Origin: Diplonema japonicum
Lineage: Eukaryota; Protista; Euglenozoa: Diplonemea
Assembly (NCBI GenBank): GCA_964019335.1
Contig: OZ025671.1
Location: 434,001-498,000 of the forward strand
Length of the DNA: 64,000 nucleotides
Direction: 5' to 3'
Shown here: positions 52,891 to 64,000 of the stretch, one piece after another
Layout of the letters: the number at the start of each line of letters is the position of its first letter
Numbering within the stretch: the stretch's first letter is position 1
Program-made: the position numbers and the translations under genes
The notes under the pieces: model-generated
Seen by the model: only the letters and a program-made list of their open reading frames with translations
The model's database searches: none
What the model was told of the DNA's origin: nothing

Positions 52891-55485
52891 TCATATCGTC
52901 AAGGGCGTCGCCCCTTTGAGAACTGTGTGGTGCAGTACTGGGACCTTGCAAATTACTTGGCCTTGGCGGTACCCGGGCTGGGGGGGTTCCTCTGAGAGGA
53001 GGACCGTCTGACCTGAGTGATGTTTCTCAAAAAAAAAAACTTTATTTTTTCCTCCATACTTAGTAGGGGAGAGCCCTTGGTGTTTCCGTCTCAGGAGACT
53101 CGTGTAGTTGGACGGTTGGAACATTGAGTCGAATTTGTTATCCTTTTTTTTTTTTTTTTGTTCTAAAGCAAACCTTATTGCTGTTAACCTCAGTCAAGGG
53201 TATCACAGATTTTGTGCTTTTAGGGCTGTTGTTGCTGAGGGTAGGAGACAGCATTTCTTCCAGCGCATCTGTGGGGGCCAATTCTTTTTTTTTTTTCCCC
53301 TTCCCTCATTCATACCTCGAGGTGCATCAGAAGCGATGAAAGTTGGTGTTGAAGTTTTTGGAGTGCTACCATTGCTCGTTCTGGTGGTTGTGGGAGTTGT
53401 TGCGGAGGAGGCAGTGGGCTTGCTGTCTATGGACCCTCGTTTGCGGACCCTTCGTGATCCAGTGCCGATTGCCGGTGCTGCTGCTTGTGCAGGAGTTTCA
53501 TCGTGGAATTTTGGAGGTGGTTTCTCTGGAGTAGCGACCCTTCGCGGGGGAGGGGCGGACGCAGCTTCCCGTGCCCTCCGCCCAGCTTTGGGAGCTGTGT
53601 CAACAGTACCGTTAGGGGTGTTTTTCGGCGGAAGTGTGGGTGTAGAGGTGGTGGATGAAGTGTCGTCCGGCTTCTTTTTCTTCCGTGGAACCTTCTCCTT
53701 CTTCTTCTTGTCTTTCTCTTTGTCCTTGTCTTTCTCTTTGTCATCTTCTTTCACCTCTTCATCCAGCCAAAACTGCGCTTTTGAAAATTTGCTAGCTCGC
53801 AATCCGTTTTTAACATCACTCGACTCGCTCAGTGCCTCCGATGCTGGTGATGCTATCGGAAGGACCATTCGCCGCCTGCTTTCTTCAAGTTCTGTTCGCA
53901 GTGCTGCGGACTCTACTTCAAGCTTTTGAGCCTTCGCTTTCCATCGTTCTTGTTCCTCCAGTAGTTCTTTTTCTCGCAGTTTAAATGTTTCTGTCATTCT
54001 TTGCAGGTCTTGCTCTCGGTCGCGCAGCTCTTCGATCGCCTTGTTCGAGAGGGCGATCTCGTCTTCCAGCTCCTTGATCCTCCCGGCGGACGCCATGTTC
54101 TCCGCCATCACCTTCGCGTCTTGCAGCTCCTTCACCTGCGTTTGCAGTTCTCTAATAAGTTTAGCTGATGCGTCCTCATTAACCTTCACACGGTTCACAA
54201 CACCTTTCGCTGTCGTGGCGTACCGAAGGGTTGACTCTGTCTCAGAGGCGTTTGTGTGGTACGGCGACACATTGGCTATCATGACCGTTTTAGCGTTGCC
54301 TCCGAAATTATCGGCGAGAATCCACGTCAGCAACGATTCTCTGTAAGGCGGGAGCTTCATGTCGTCCCGCTTCTTGCCCGTGTTGCCGACGAGGGTGTCG
54401 ATGACCTTGCGAAGGGTCATCAGGGATTTGTTGATGTAGTTTGCCTCCTGCAACTGTTTGCCCTTCACCTCAGTCTTTCCTGTCCGCTCCGACCCTGCGA
54501 GATCGACAAGGTTGATCTTAGCAGTACGGTTGGAGGTGATGGGCTGGCCTTTCATCTTCGCACCCATGGATTCTGTTTGGGTAATCCACAACTGGAAAAT
54601 AGCGTGGGATCTGGACGACGCGTCGTTCATGGCAGTGGCTGTGGACGCTCTGGCTGCGTTCCCTGTTCGGATGATTTCCACGCACTGGCCCCATGAGTCA
54701 ACATCACGCTTCGTGATGCCCTCAACGAAAGGACCGTGTAGAGGGTGGTTGCGGACACGAAGGTTTTGATACTCCCCGACAGGTTTCTCGTCAAAGCGGG
54801 AGTTGAAAACCTTTGGACCGAGGTCCCTGGGGCGGAGGAGGTCTTTAACTTGTTCATTATAGATCTCCATGAACGATACCTGAACCTTCACACTCTTCTT
54901 AGATTTCTGTTCCGCCGTCTGTTGTTCAATCGATTCTTCGATTTTTTCGAACAAGCTTCTGCACAATCGCGGTATGATACCTGGTTCCGTTTTGCTTCCC
55001 ATCATTGTGTACGTTTTCCCAGATGATGTCTGCCCGTAGGCAAATACACAAGCATTGTAACCTTCCCAAGCGTTTGTAAGTGCAGGGAGGCCGGTTCGCT
55101 CGAAAACTTCTTCCTGAGATCCTTGTACAGAATCTGAAGATGCGGAGGACGCACCGTCGTCGCCGTCGAAGGTGATGGACCTTGGTTGGAAGCTTGTGAA
55201 ACAGTAGTCAAACTGAAACGGTTGTTTGTCGCAGTAGCCTGCGGTGTGGTCCAGTAGGACTACTGTGGTGTATTCGTTTTCTACTTCTACTACAGGGTGG
55301 GGGTCCTTTCCCCCGTCTTCTTTTGCGTCGGCTTTTTCTTTATCTCCGAATGGCCGGACTCTGACCATGACCTTTATCCCCGAGTCCGAAGCCAAGTCTT
55401 CCCTTATTGTCGTCTTTAGTTTTGCCGTGGCTGTGCCTGTGCCTGTGCCCCCTGTTCCACCAAAGCCCCCGCTAAACTTCCCCAT
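52891..55485 (-). CDS. Kinesin-3-like motor protein; 3' exons beyond the listed ORF, end uncertain
   Basis: KVMVRVRPF, YGQTSSGKTYTM, NDASSRSH, LVDLAGSER and the neck VNEDASAKLIREL. Introns at 53269-53315 and 53143-53173, possibly a third at 53026-53059. Confidence 0.92.
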
Positions 55486-56258
55486 TTTGTGTTTGTTTTA
55501 TTTTGTGGTTTTTCCCCCCCAAGGGCCCGTGGGGAACTTTTTTTTTTTTTTTTTTTTTCCCTGCACCGGCCGAAAAAAAAAATAAGTGGGGGAATGGTGG
55601 AGTTAAAAAAAAGTTTAGAAAAAAAAAGAGGAGGGGGGGGGATAGTCCTTGGACCTTACACAAAGTGGATAGATGTGTTAATTTAATTGATTTTGGCTGA
55701 ATTCTTTTAAAGGGGGACATGAGGGTTAGATCTTTTCTTTTTCTTTTGAGAAAGTGAGTAACCTCCAGTTACCCATAGGCTTCCTCCCCTCTTTTCTTCC
55801 TTTTTTTTTTTTTTTTTTTTCCGGTCTAAGCACATCTATCCACCTCATGGGGGAAAACCAATAAAGAAAACAGGGAAATTTTGAATCTGTCTAAAGTGGG
55901 TGAGGGGAAGAAAAAAAAAAAAGAAGGGTTTCAACAATCTTCATTCTACATTGCTGTCAATCTCTATTTTCCTTTTCCTTTTTTTAAAAGGGCCGTTATT
56001 AAGAAAAAAAAGGGTAAACAAAAAAATATATAAATCCGGTTAGTAAAAAAAAGGCGTTTCTTTTTTTTTTTTAGAAAGAAAAAAAAAAGAAAATATTTTA
56101 TAACCCACTGGAATCCCTTCTTCTTTTTTAAATTTCTCTACTTCCCCCCCCCCCCCCCCCGTCTCCACCCCCCTTATGGTGTAAAAAAAAAAAGAGAATA
56201 AGAAAGAAACACTTTTTTTTAAATTCTAGTTTTTCTCGGGTAATTTTTTTTTTCCAAC

Positions 56259-56294
<36 letters not shown>

Positions 56295-56364
56295 TTACTC
56301 TTCCCTTCTCTACCCAGTATGTTATTTCAAAAAAAAAGAAAAAGAAAAAGAGAGAGAAAAACTT

Positions 56365-56937
56365 CTAAGGCCACTCAAAAGGCTCAGGAGGACCCGGTTC
56401 ATCTTTCTCATCCGGGTCTGCATTCACATCCCCAGGGTTTACAACTGGCACGAACTCCTCTTCTGCATCTGGAGTGTTGTCACGAAGGAGAATAACACCC
56501 ATAGGGTTGCCCTAGAATTGAGTTTTTTTTTTCTTTTCTTTTTTAAATACCGGTTTTACAGGAACGTATCTCTTGTCCTCTGTAAAGGACAGTACCTCCA
56601 TCTGCCCAATAGTCACGCGCACGGGGTTGTGCAGAATCTCATATCCGAGCTCTTCTTCCTCCTTCTTTTCCTCTTTCTTCTCCTCCTTCTTCTCTTCCTT
56701 CTCCTCCTCCTTCTCTTCCCCAGTCTCCGTCATCTCCGTGTCCTTCTTCTTCTTGTTTCTCTTGTCTGTTCGTGTAGTGGTTGAGAGTACGACCTTCTCT
56801 CTCTTTTTCGTCTCCTTCTCTTCCTCTCCCTTCTGCTTCTTAGACACATTGTAGAGAGATGGAGGAGCGCCGGACCGCAGGGAGTACTTGGGCATTTTCA
56901 GATCCTTGTTCAAGGCGATGATGCATGTTGGCTATTA

Positions 56938-56975
<38 letters not shown>

Positions 56976-59416
56976 CGTTCTCCCCGAACAATACCTGCAG
57001 GGCCAGACTGAACATCAAGACGAACGGGTACCAGTACCAGAACTGCATGAACATGTGCAGCCCCACGATGGGCTTCACCAGGTTGTGCCCGTTCTTGTGG
57101 AGCATGATGGTTTGGTTCTTGCCGCCTGCGTCTAAGATGCCCGTTGCGATGATCGCACCGAACTTAGTGAGGACGTCTTCGTACTTGTCCTTGGTGCGCT
57201 GCTCGAGCTCTTCTCTGAACTCCTTCACCTTCGGTTGGTCCTTCGCCGTCTTCTGCATCAGCACCATGGCCAAGCTCACTATCGCGCCCTGTTGGTGTTT
57301 GTTTAAAAGTGGTATGGAAAGCAACACACCTGACGAACGAAATCGCTGGTGTCGTCCTTCAGGACCCACAGCCTATCAAGCGCCTGTTTGTTCCCTGTCC
57401 CTGCCGCGGCTATCCCAAGAGCGGACGCCACACCCCACCTCACGTGCGGGTTGTGCGAATCGCAAAACACCGACGTCACGTTGACACACAACTGCGGCTC
57501 CTTGAAGGTCAAGAAGCCCACCTCAAGGATGGCTGCCCTTCTCACGTCGTCCGACACGTCCTGCACTGCGACGGTCAGCAAGCGTTCCAACGCCTTGCGG
57601 TTGCCCGTGCCCGCGTAGGCAGACCCGATGACCTGCACACCACCCAGCCTCAGCCACGGGTCGTTGTTTAGCAGCATCTCCTCGATGAGCGAGTCGGCGT
57701 GGCCCTCCCTGCCGTACATGAGCATCGCAAGCGACATCGACACACCTCTGATGATCTTCTCGTGCTCAGTGTCCTTCCCGTACGAGAGCAGCTCCTGCAC
57801 TGCACGCTCGTTCCCGCTTCCCAAGTAGATGAGACCGATGGCCACCGCTGCAGCCTCACCGCTGACTGCGTTGTCGTTGTAGAGGACCTGCTTCAGCAGT
57901 TCGTAGATCCCGTCGTCCTTCGAGGACATGGACGAGAGCCCGATCCCGAGGCACGCACCGTGTATCAGCTGCTCCGACTGCTGGTTGGCCTGCACGCACT
58001 GAACAAGGAAGTCCAGCACCTCCTTCGGCTTCGTCCTCCCCGAGCCTCCCTCGTTGCCCGCTACAAGCTCCGCAGCATCGTCCCTCAGATTGCACCCCAC
58101 AGGGGCGTGGATGAGACCCAGACCGAACAAAGCACCGCCCTCCTGGTAGGGCAAGGCACCGGATGCCCCCGGGGCGCTCGGCAGGTATGACTGCAGCACC
58201 TGCATGCTCTGCGACACGTGTCCCTTGTTGATGACACCGAGGGTGGCGGTGGCCGTGAACCGCGCCCAGTTGTTCGCCTTCACAAGCCAGTCAAGGTTCT
58301 CTCTCAAGAACTGGTCGCTAGTGGTGCCGCAGAACATGATAGCGTTGGCCATGACGGCAGCGTTGTGTGTAATAGCAGACTTCTTAGCCCTGTTTTGTGT
58401 GTGGTGTGTGTTATTTGAGCATACTCAACCGCCTTCTTCAGGTTGTTCATAACCTCGATGCTGCCGCAGTTCTGGGAGTAGAGGAACTGGAATTGGAGCT
58501 CAGTGGTGGGGGCACCGGTGAGGATGGTGAGGATTTGCTTGTAGTTCTCTTCCTTGGGCGCGCTGTGCTCGGTGATGCCCTTGGAAACGGCGTGAAGGAA
58601 GTCTTGGTTGCAGTGGTCAAAGAGGTCGAAGGCTAGCTGGTAGGCGATGAGGTTAGATTGGGTGGATTTGGAGTCGAGCAACATGCAGAGGTTGCGGACG
58701 ACCTCCGTGTGGTCGTTGAGGAAGATGAGACACTGCTGCATGTCGAAGAGGTTCAAGGAGCGGAGCTTCTCGGGCCCTTGCGAGTACATCTTCACAACGC
58801 AACGGAGGAGGGATTCCCTGAAATCCACATTGTCGACGTGTTGGTTTGCGAACTTCATGATCACTGTGAGAACATCGGCAGAGTGCGTCGCCTTGATGTA
58901 GTCGGTGGCCATGGCTTCAAGGAGATCAAGCCTTTTAGCAGCCATGCAGAGACCAATGTGCTCCGAGATGTGTTGGAATTTTGTGTCGACTGTAATCCAT
59001 TTCTTCACGAGTGTTTCGAAAAGGGTGTCCAGCTGCGCGTACTGCTTGTCGCTGCTGGCTTCGGCATCAGGCAGTTGGCGGAGCTCAATGTACCTGTCGA
59101 TGCATTTGTGGATAATCGTGTGTGTGTACTGATCGTTCTGCTTGATGTCAAACATCTCCCCGGCTCCCAATGAGAAGACAAACGCTTCATTATACTCACC
59201 CAGGTGATAGTACACTTTCGCCAACAGCAGCGCGACTTTCTGCCTCTCCGGGAAAGATGGTGTTTCATACAACTCTTCGATCGACCCTAGACGCTCAGAT
59301 ATTTCGTTCCAAAACTCATCTGCTCTGTCCAACAGCGCCACCACGGCGCTTGCCTGCAACTTCTCGTCATCCTCTTCCAACAACGAGAGCAATCCACTTA
59401 TTGAAGAGAGGACCAT
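56365..59416 (-). CDS. RPN2: 26S proteasome regulatory subunit RPN2/PSMD1; 5 exons
   Basis: FLRENLDWLVKANNWARFTATATLGVI, HEKIIRG, VSDDVRRAA, GILDAGG and QFWYWYP. Introns 58390-58424, 57289-57329, 56932-56994 and 56512-56550 restore DFVRQ-GA, LALQ-PTCIIALNKDLKMP and the terminal EPGPPEPFEWP. Confidence 0.96.
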
Positions 59417-59829
59417 ATCGACCTCCTTATTTCTCCCCTGTTAATGGCTTTAAGTAATCGAGAACAATAAAAAATAAAAAAGAAGCTCGTTTTTACCGAT
59501 TGGTGCTGCGGTAATAAAAGGAAGAAGAAGAAGAAAAAGAAGAAAAAGAAGAAGGAGGGCCAATAAACGCTGTTTCAAGATTAGAAAGGCAAGCAAAGTT
59601 CAACTGAAGGAGAGAAAAGAAGGAAAGAGAGGAATAAGGAGTCGGAAATAATATGACAAAAAAAGAAAAAGGTGGGGGGCGCTCGCGGATACAAAGCCAC
59701 GCATTCACGCGTTTATCAGTGAAACGTCTTTTATCTTTATGAACGTCAAATCCTTTTTTTTTTGTCGATTGTTACTAGTCCGACACGCTGAATTAGAGTT
59801 GTTTGTTGTTTTGGAGTCATATCCATTTC

Positions 59830-61479
59830 CTACGACCTCCCGTGCCTCCAGGAGAAGCCCTTGGGGTAGATCCAAGCGCCATCGCTGTTCCCGTCTGCCC
59901 TCACATCCTCCCACTGAACGGTGTTTGGAGAAGACCCCTTCGCAACAGCCATGAGCTCATCAAGCTTCGCCCTCCAGGCATCATCACCATTCTTGTCACG
60001 GAACTCAGCAATCAGCTCGTGGGTGGGCCTCCCGCTCCCGTCCTCAAGGCCGAGAAGGGGTGCCCAGTGGTCGTGGCTGATGCAGAGGCCCTTGGGACAG
60101 GTCGTAGGCTTCTCCTTCGGGGCTTCGTTTGCGTTGAAGGGCCCGTGCCTGTCCTGCACAATCCACGTGTCGTCGATCACCCTCCCGTAGTCATGGAGAG
60201 GGAAGTAGGTAGGGTCCGTCTGCACCTGCTGCCAGTGGATGTGGGTCGCGTTGTACACAAACATCCTGCTGTACGAGAAAGAGTTGGACCTGAAGGCGGA
60301 CCAGCTGGGCTGAGGAAAAATGAAAGGTTCGTGCATCTCCTGACTCCCAGCAGCACCAGTCACCACGTAGATAGTGGCCCTGGGGTTCACGTTCGACTGG
60401 TCACTCTTGTCTTTGTAAGTGGGCCACATCCTCTCGTAGTTGTGCTCGTGCCCGTTGATGAAGAAGTCCACACCGTAGTCGAACAGAATGGGCTCCATTT
60501 CCTTTCGGACCTTACGAGCATCAGCATGGCAGTCCCCGTCACACGAGCAGTAGATGGACCTGTGACCGTGCACCACGATCCACGGAACAGCCTCCCTGTT
60601 CTTGTTAGCCTTCTCAAGGTCCACCTTCAGCCAGGCCAGCAACGAAGCCACTGTGGTGTTCCCATCAGTCACCCCGAACCACAGCTCAGTTGAGATCGCC
60701 ACGTAGTGCACCAGCCCGTGGTCCCACGAGTAGTACAAGTTGTTGGGGGCCACACCGTTCGCAGACTTGAAAGTCGCAGGAACAGAGTTCGTGGGCATGT
60801 TCCTCCAGCTCTCTACATAGTGCGCAAGGTCGGTGGCGTCGTCCTCGTGGTTCCCGTGGCTCACCATGTAAGGAGTCCATGCGGCAATCTGCTCGATGTT
60901 CTTGAAGAACTGGTCGCCGACAGTACCGTTGTTGGTCCCCAGGTTGTAGGCAAAGTCACCCACCTGAAGGATCATGTCAGCATCCGTCTCAGACACCAAC
61001 CCCACAGAGGTGTTCTTTGCACAGGTGGTCTTGTCGCAGGTGTACGAGTGCTGCGTGCACGCCGTGCACAAGGTGAAGGCACACGAGGAGCCCATGTCTC
61101 CCATCAAGATGTGGCGGTATGGCTGACCAGCAGGGCGAGTACGCCTGTTCATCACCTTGAACACCTGAGAGAAGCCAGTTGAAGAGTCCCCCACCTGGTA
61201 GTAGTACTCGGTGTTCACAGACAGCCCGCTCATCACAGCAACGTGTGAGTACCACACCCTCCCCGCGTCAACGGTGAACTTCCTGCTGTCGCCGGTAGCC
61301 GAGTGGATCAGGCTCCCGTTCTGCGTTCCCCACCTCACCGTTGGCGTCCCGCCCTGTGTGTTCTCTGTGTGCCATTCGACACTCAGGGCATCCGTGGTCT
61401 TCCCAAGGGCAATCCTCACCTGCTCAGTACCAAAGGCACTGCCCGCAAGGGATAGCAATGCCACGAAAAGCAACTTCAT
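59830..61479 (-). CDS. Secreted purple acid phosphatase (ACP7/PAPL-like)
   Basis: Signal peptide, FN3-like N-domain, and all five metal-ligand motifs: GDMG, GDFAY, GNHE, VHGH, GHEH. Confidence 0.95.
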   Translation of the reverse strand: MKLLFVALLSLAGSAFGTEQVRIALGKTTDALSVEWHTENTQGGTPTVRWGTQNGSLIHSATGDSRKFTVDAGRVWYSHVAVMSGLSVNTEYYYQVGDSSTGFSQVFKVMNRRTRPAGQPYRHILMGDMGSSCAFTLCTACTQHSYTCDKTTCAKNTSVGLVSETDADMILQVGDFAYNLGTNNGTVGDQFFKNIEQIAAWTPYMVSHGNHEDDATDLAHYVESWRNMPTNSVPATFKSANGVAPNNLYYSWDHGLVHYVAISTELWFGVTDGNTTVASLLAWLKVDLEKANKNREAVPWIVVHGHRSIYCSCDGDCHADARKVRKEMEPILFDYGVDFFINGHEHNYERMWPTYKDKSDQSNVNPRATIYVVTGAAGSQEMHEPFIFPQPSWSAFRSNSFSYSRMFVYNATHIHWQQVQTDPTYFPLHDYGRVIDDTWIVQDRHGPFNANEAPKEKPTTCPKGLCISHDHWAPLLGLEDGSGRPTHELIAEFRDKNGDDAWRAKLDELMAVAKGSSPNTVQWEDVRADGNSDGAWIYPKGFSWRHGRS

Positions 61480-61575
61480 TCTTTTTTTATGTGTGTCCCC
61501 TGTTGTGTTTTTTTTCGATTTGATTTTTTTTTCCCCTCGAAAAAAAAAGAGAAAATTTGCCGCAGGTCAATCCCA

Positions 61576-62151
61576 TTAGGAAACGTCTGCGTTGGGCGGC
61601 CCCTCGACGACAACCTGCCCCACCATCATGGCGTGGGTCTTCCATCGAACAATGCCGTCGGAGCCGGTGTGCAGATCGGGGAGGAGCTTTTTCAATTTCT
61701 TCGAGTTTAAGATTTGTTCAGAGCTGTCGGAAGGTGAGATCCCGACGAAGGTGACGGGTGTGCCAGGGGGGCACGGAGGGGCCTGCAAGGGGGTCACAGC
61801 ACCAGCTGAGTCAACTGCACAGAGCAGCATTGCCTCGGAAGGGACTCCTTTAATCTCACGCGGCTTGAGGTTCATTAACACAAGAACGTCTTTATGAAGA
61901 AGGTTTTCCTTCTCCACATGTGACACAAGTCCAGAGCAAATGGTTAAAGGTGCTTCTTCCCCAAGGGCTACTTGCTCAACAAACAGCCACTCGGCCTCTT
62001 CGTGTACTTTAATGGACTCAATTCGGCCAGTTTTAATCTTGAAACACGAGGCGTCAAGTGGTGTTTTCTTGGGGGGGGCAGGAGGGGCTCGTTTTGCGAG
62101 ATTTTCACTGCACCATCTCCTGGCAGTGAGAGACACCCTTTTACACAACAT
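61576..62151 (-). CDS. Stand-alone tRNA-binding OB-fold protein (EMAP II/Arc1p/Trbp111-like) with putative mitochondrial presequence
   Basis: IKTGRIESIKVHEEAEWLFVEQVALGE...TICSGL...LMNLKPREIKGVPSEAMLLCA. Likely start MLCKRVSLTARRWCS. Confidence 0.88.
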   Translation of the reverse strand: MLCKRVSLTARRWCSENLAKRAPPAPPKKTPLDASCFKIKTGRIESIKVHEEAEWLFVEQVALGEEAPLTICSGLVSHVEKENLLHKDVLVLMNLKPREIKGVPSEAMLLCAVDSAGAVTPLQAPPCPPGTPVTFVGISPSDSSEQILNSKKLKKLLPDLHTGSDGIVRWKTHAMMVGQVVVEGPPNADVS

Positions 62152-62842
62152 ATGTATATTTTTTTTTTTTCTGGGTAAGAGAAAAAAGAATTTTTTTTTT
62201 CTTGAATAAAAAAATAAATAAAAATGGGTGGGAGGAAACAGAAAAGAGCAGAGGAAAAAAAAAAAATAAAAAATAAAAAAAATCGAGGCCGGATATCCGT
62301 TAACACTATAGTCTTCTTCCCTTTTCTTTTTTTTTTTCTTTGTTAAATACCGCATTTCGTACTTATTATGGAACAGGAAAAGTACCAAATCTGTCCAAAT
62401 TAAATTTCGTAGACCAAATCGGTTTTTCGAAATTGAAGAAGTTCCATAATTTTTGTTGTTTCAAAATAATTTTTCGTTCCATATTAAGTAAGTACAAACT
62501 CGGATATTTATTCTTCCTTTTTTTCCTTTGCAGTGTATTACTATAATCCCCTCCTCCCGTTTTTGCTATATTCTTTTTTTTTTTCTTTTCCCAAAATTCT
62601 TCTTCATTTTCCCCACTTTCTTCCTCTGTTACCTACTAACCCATGTGTTTCAAAACGATATAAAAAAAAAAAAATAATGAAAAAAGAAAACACTCAAATT
62701 TCGACTTTTTTAGTTTTTGCTTCGCTCTCGTTTTTTTTTTCTTTCTTTTTTTTCTTCTCACTTCGTTGGACTTTATTTTCTTTTTTTTTTTCTGTTGTTT
62801 CTTCTCCTGAGATAAAAGAAGGGAAGGAATACAAGGGCAAAA

Positions 62843-62890
<48 letters not shown>

Positions 62891-62987
62891 GGGCACTTTT
62901 GTTTTTTTTTTTTTTTTTCTTCATCTTTTCTTCCCCCGCACAACACTAAATAAAAAAAAAAAAAATAATAATAATCAAAAAACCTGC

Positions 62988-63045
62988 TTAGTAAGGAACG
63001 TAGCCAGAAGACTTAGCGAAAGTGACTTGGCCACCCTTGTTCACG

Positions 63046-63102
<57 letters not shown>

Positions 63103-64000
63103 ATTTTCTCATCCCGATTCCCCGCTCATACCGCTTAGTCAAGCCGTCACCAAGATGAGTAGTCTTTGCGCCCTTGCCCCCTTTGGTGCCTTTGGAGCCC
63201 TTCCCCCCCTTGCTGGCGAAGGCGCCCTTACCCTTAGATCCTGCGACACGGCCTTTAATTTGTTTCTGGATGATTTCCGTATTTCTTTTTGCGTTCGCAC
63301 TTGCACCGGCTGTGCCAGCACCACCACCACGGCCCCTGTTACCCTTCCCGGCACCCCCCCTGCCGGTAGAGGCGGGCGGCGGTGTGGATTTAGGACTTGT
63401 CCAGCTAGACAGCATTTCGATATTCTTCATGTGCACTGTAATCATGTGAAATCTTTTTACAGTCCGTGCTGTTTGGCTCAACGACCCATACATGTCCATC
63501 TGGGAAGTGGGTTATTCTCTTTTTCCCTCTCTTGCATACCCCTGCACCCACTCCAGTGTAAAACGCCAGGAACACAGTTTTTGTGTGATCGACGTTTTCT
63601 TTTCTCAGACAATCCGCAATTTGGTCCACTCGGTTCGGAAGGGTCCTCGCTTCTTCCCTATTTTTTTTTTTTTTATTTTTTTTATTTGTTCAAAATAAAA
63701 TATTCGCACCTTGTTTCAGAAACATCGACCACCAAGTTCCATCCCTTCAAAGGCTCGTGGGTGGACCCAAAGGTGACCTTGGCACCCTGTGCAATCAATG
63801 GAGCGATGAGTTCCTTTACGTTCTTCGGTCCCTGAATGTCCATTGCAAGATAATCGACGGTACAGTACTCGGCACCCCTGCCAGAGGTGTATCTAATAGG
63901 ACCAGCCTGTGTCCCTGCTGTAAGCAGCCTGCCCAGCGCGGCAGCCGCATGACCTGAAACACCTTCACGCTGCGGAAGCGTTCGGCTGTTGGGTCCTCCT
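62988..64000 (-). CDS. 3' part of an unknown protein with Gly/Lys-rich tail ending in PY; at least 4 exons
   Basis: Introns 63658-63709, 63500-63539 and 63046-63131 give one continuous frame from the window edge to ...TKRVNKGGQVTFAKSSGYVPY-stop. Confidence 0.75.
63047..63098. repeat. (TG)26 microsatellite inside an intron
   Basis: Perfect dinucleotide run; on the coding strand it reads (CA)n directly into the acceptor AG. Confidence 0.97.

Noticed and set aside
56365-59416. RPN2 and other split ORFs read as frameshifted pseudogenes or as stop-codon reassignment
   Set aside because: Every break is explained by a GT-AG intron that restores conserved sequence, and long ORFs read normally in the standard code.
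1-64000. tRNA, rRNA, spliced-leader RNA genes and telomeric arrays
   Set aside because: None recognised by eye; a covariance-model search would be needed to exclude small RNAs.

Overview
Eukaryotic scaffold, most likely a euglenozoan protist and probably a diplonemid. This is inferred from one-strand gene clustering, a BILBO1-family gene, a trypanosomatid-type receptor adenylate cyclase fold and cis-spliced introns, which kinetoplastids almost lack. All 18 protein genes I can support lie on the minus strand, separated by homopolymer-rich spacers. They encode an outer-arm-type dynein heavy chain, an exonuclease-like/qRRM protein, LRR-EF-hand, WW and SAP-like proteins, a degenerate receptor cyclase, a ~2,130-aa membrane lipase with inserted NADAR domains, an amino-acid permease, BILBO1-like, WD40, kinesin-3, RPN2, a purple acid phosphatase, a tRNA-binding OB-fold protein and several unknowns. 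The ORF track fragments several genes. By hand I resolved 17 tiny GT-AG introns (31-86 nt). Nearly all are filled with A-runs instead of a polypyrimidine tract, four use AAG acceptors, and none falls in the first ~1 kb of a CDS. Positions 12.5-16.5 kb form a mobile-element nest around a 200-N gap: a Sola-like TIR transposon, a possible tyrosine-recombinase remnant, a long hairpin and a MITE-like element. A LINE 3' remnant lies at 32.4-33.2 kb. All family assignments are from motif recognition by eye; no database searches were run.
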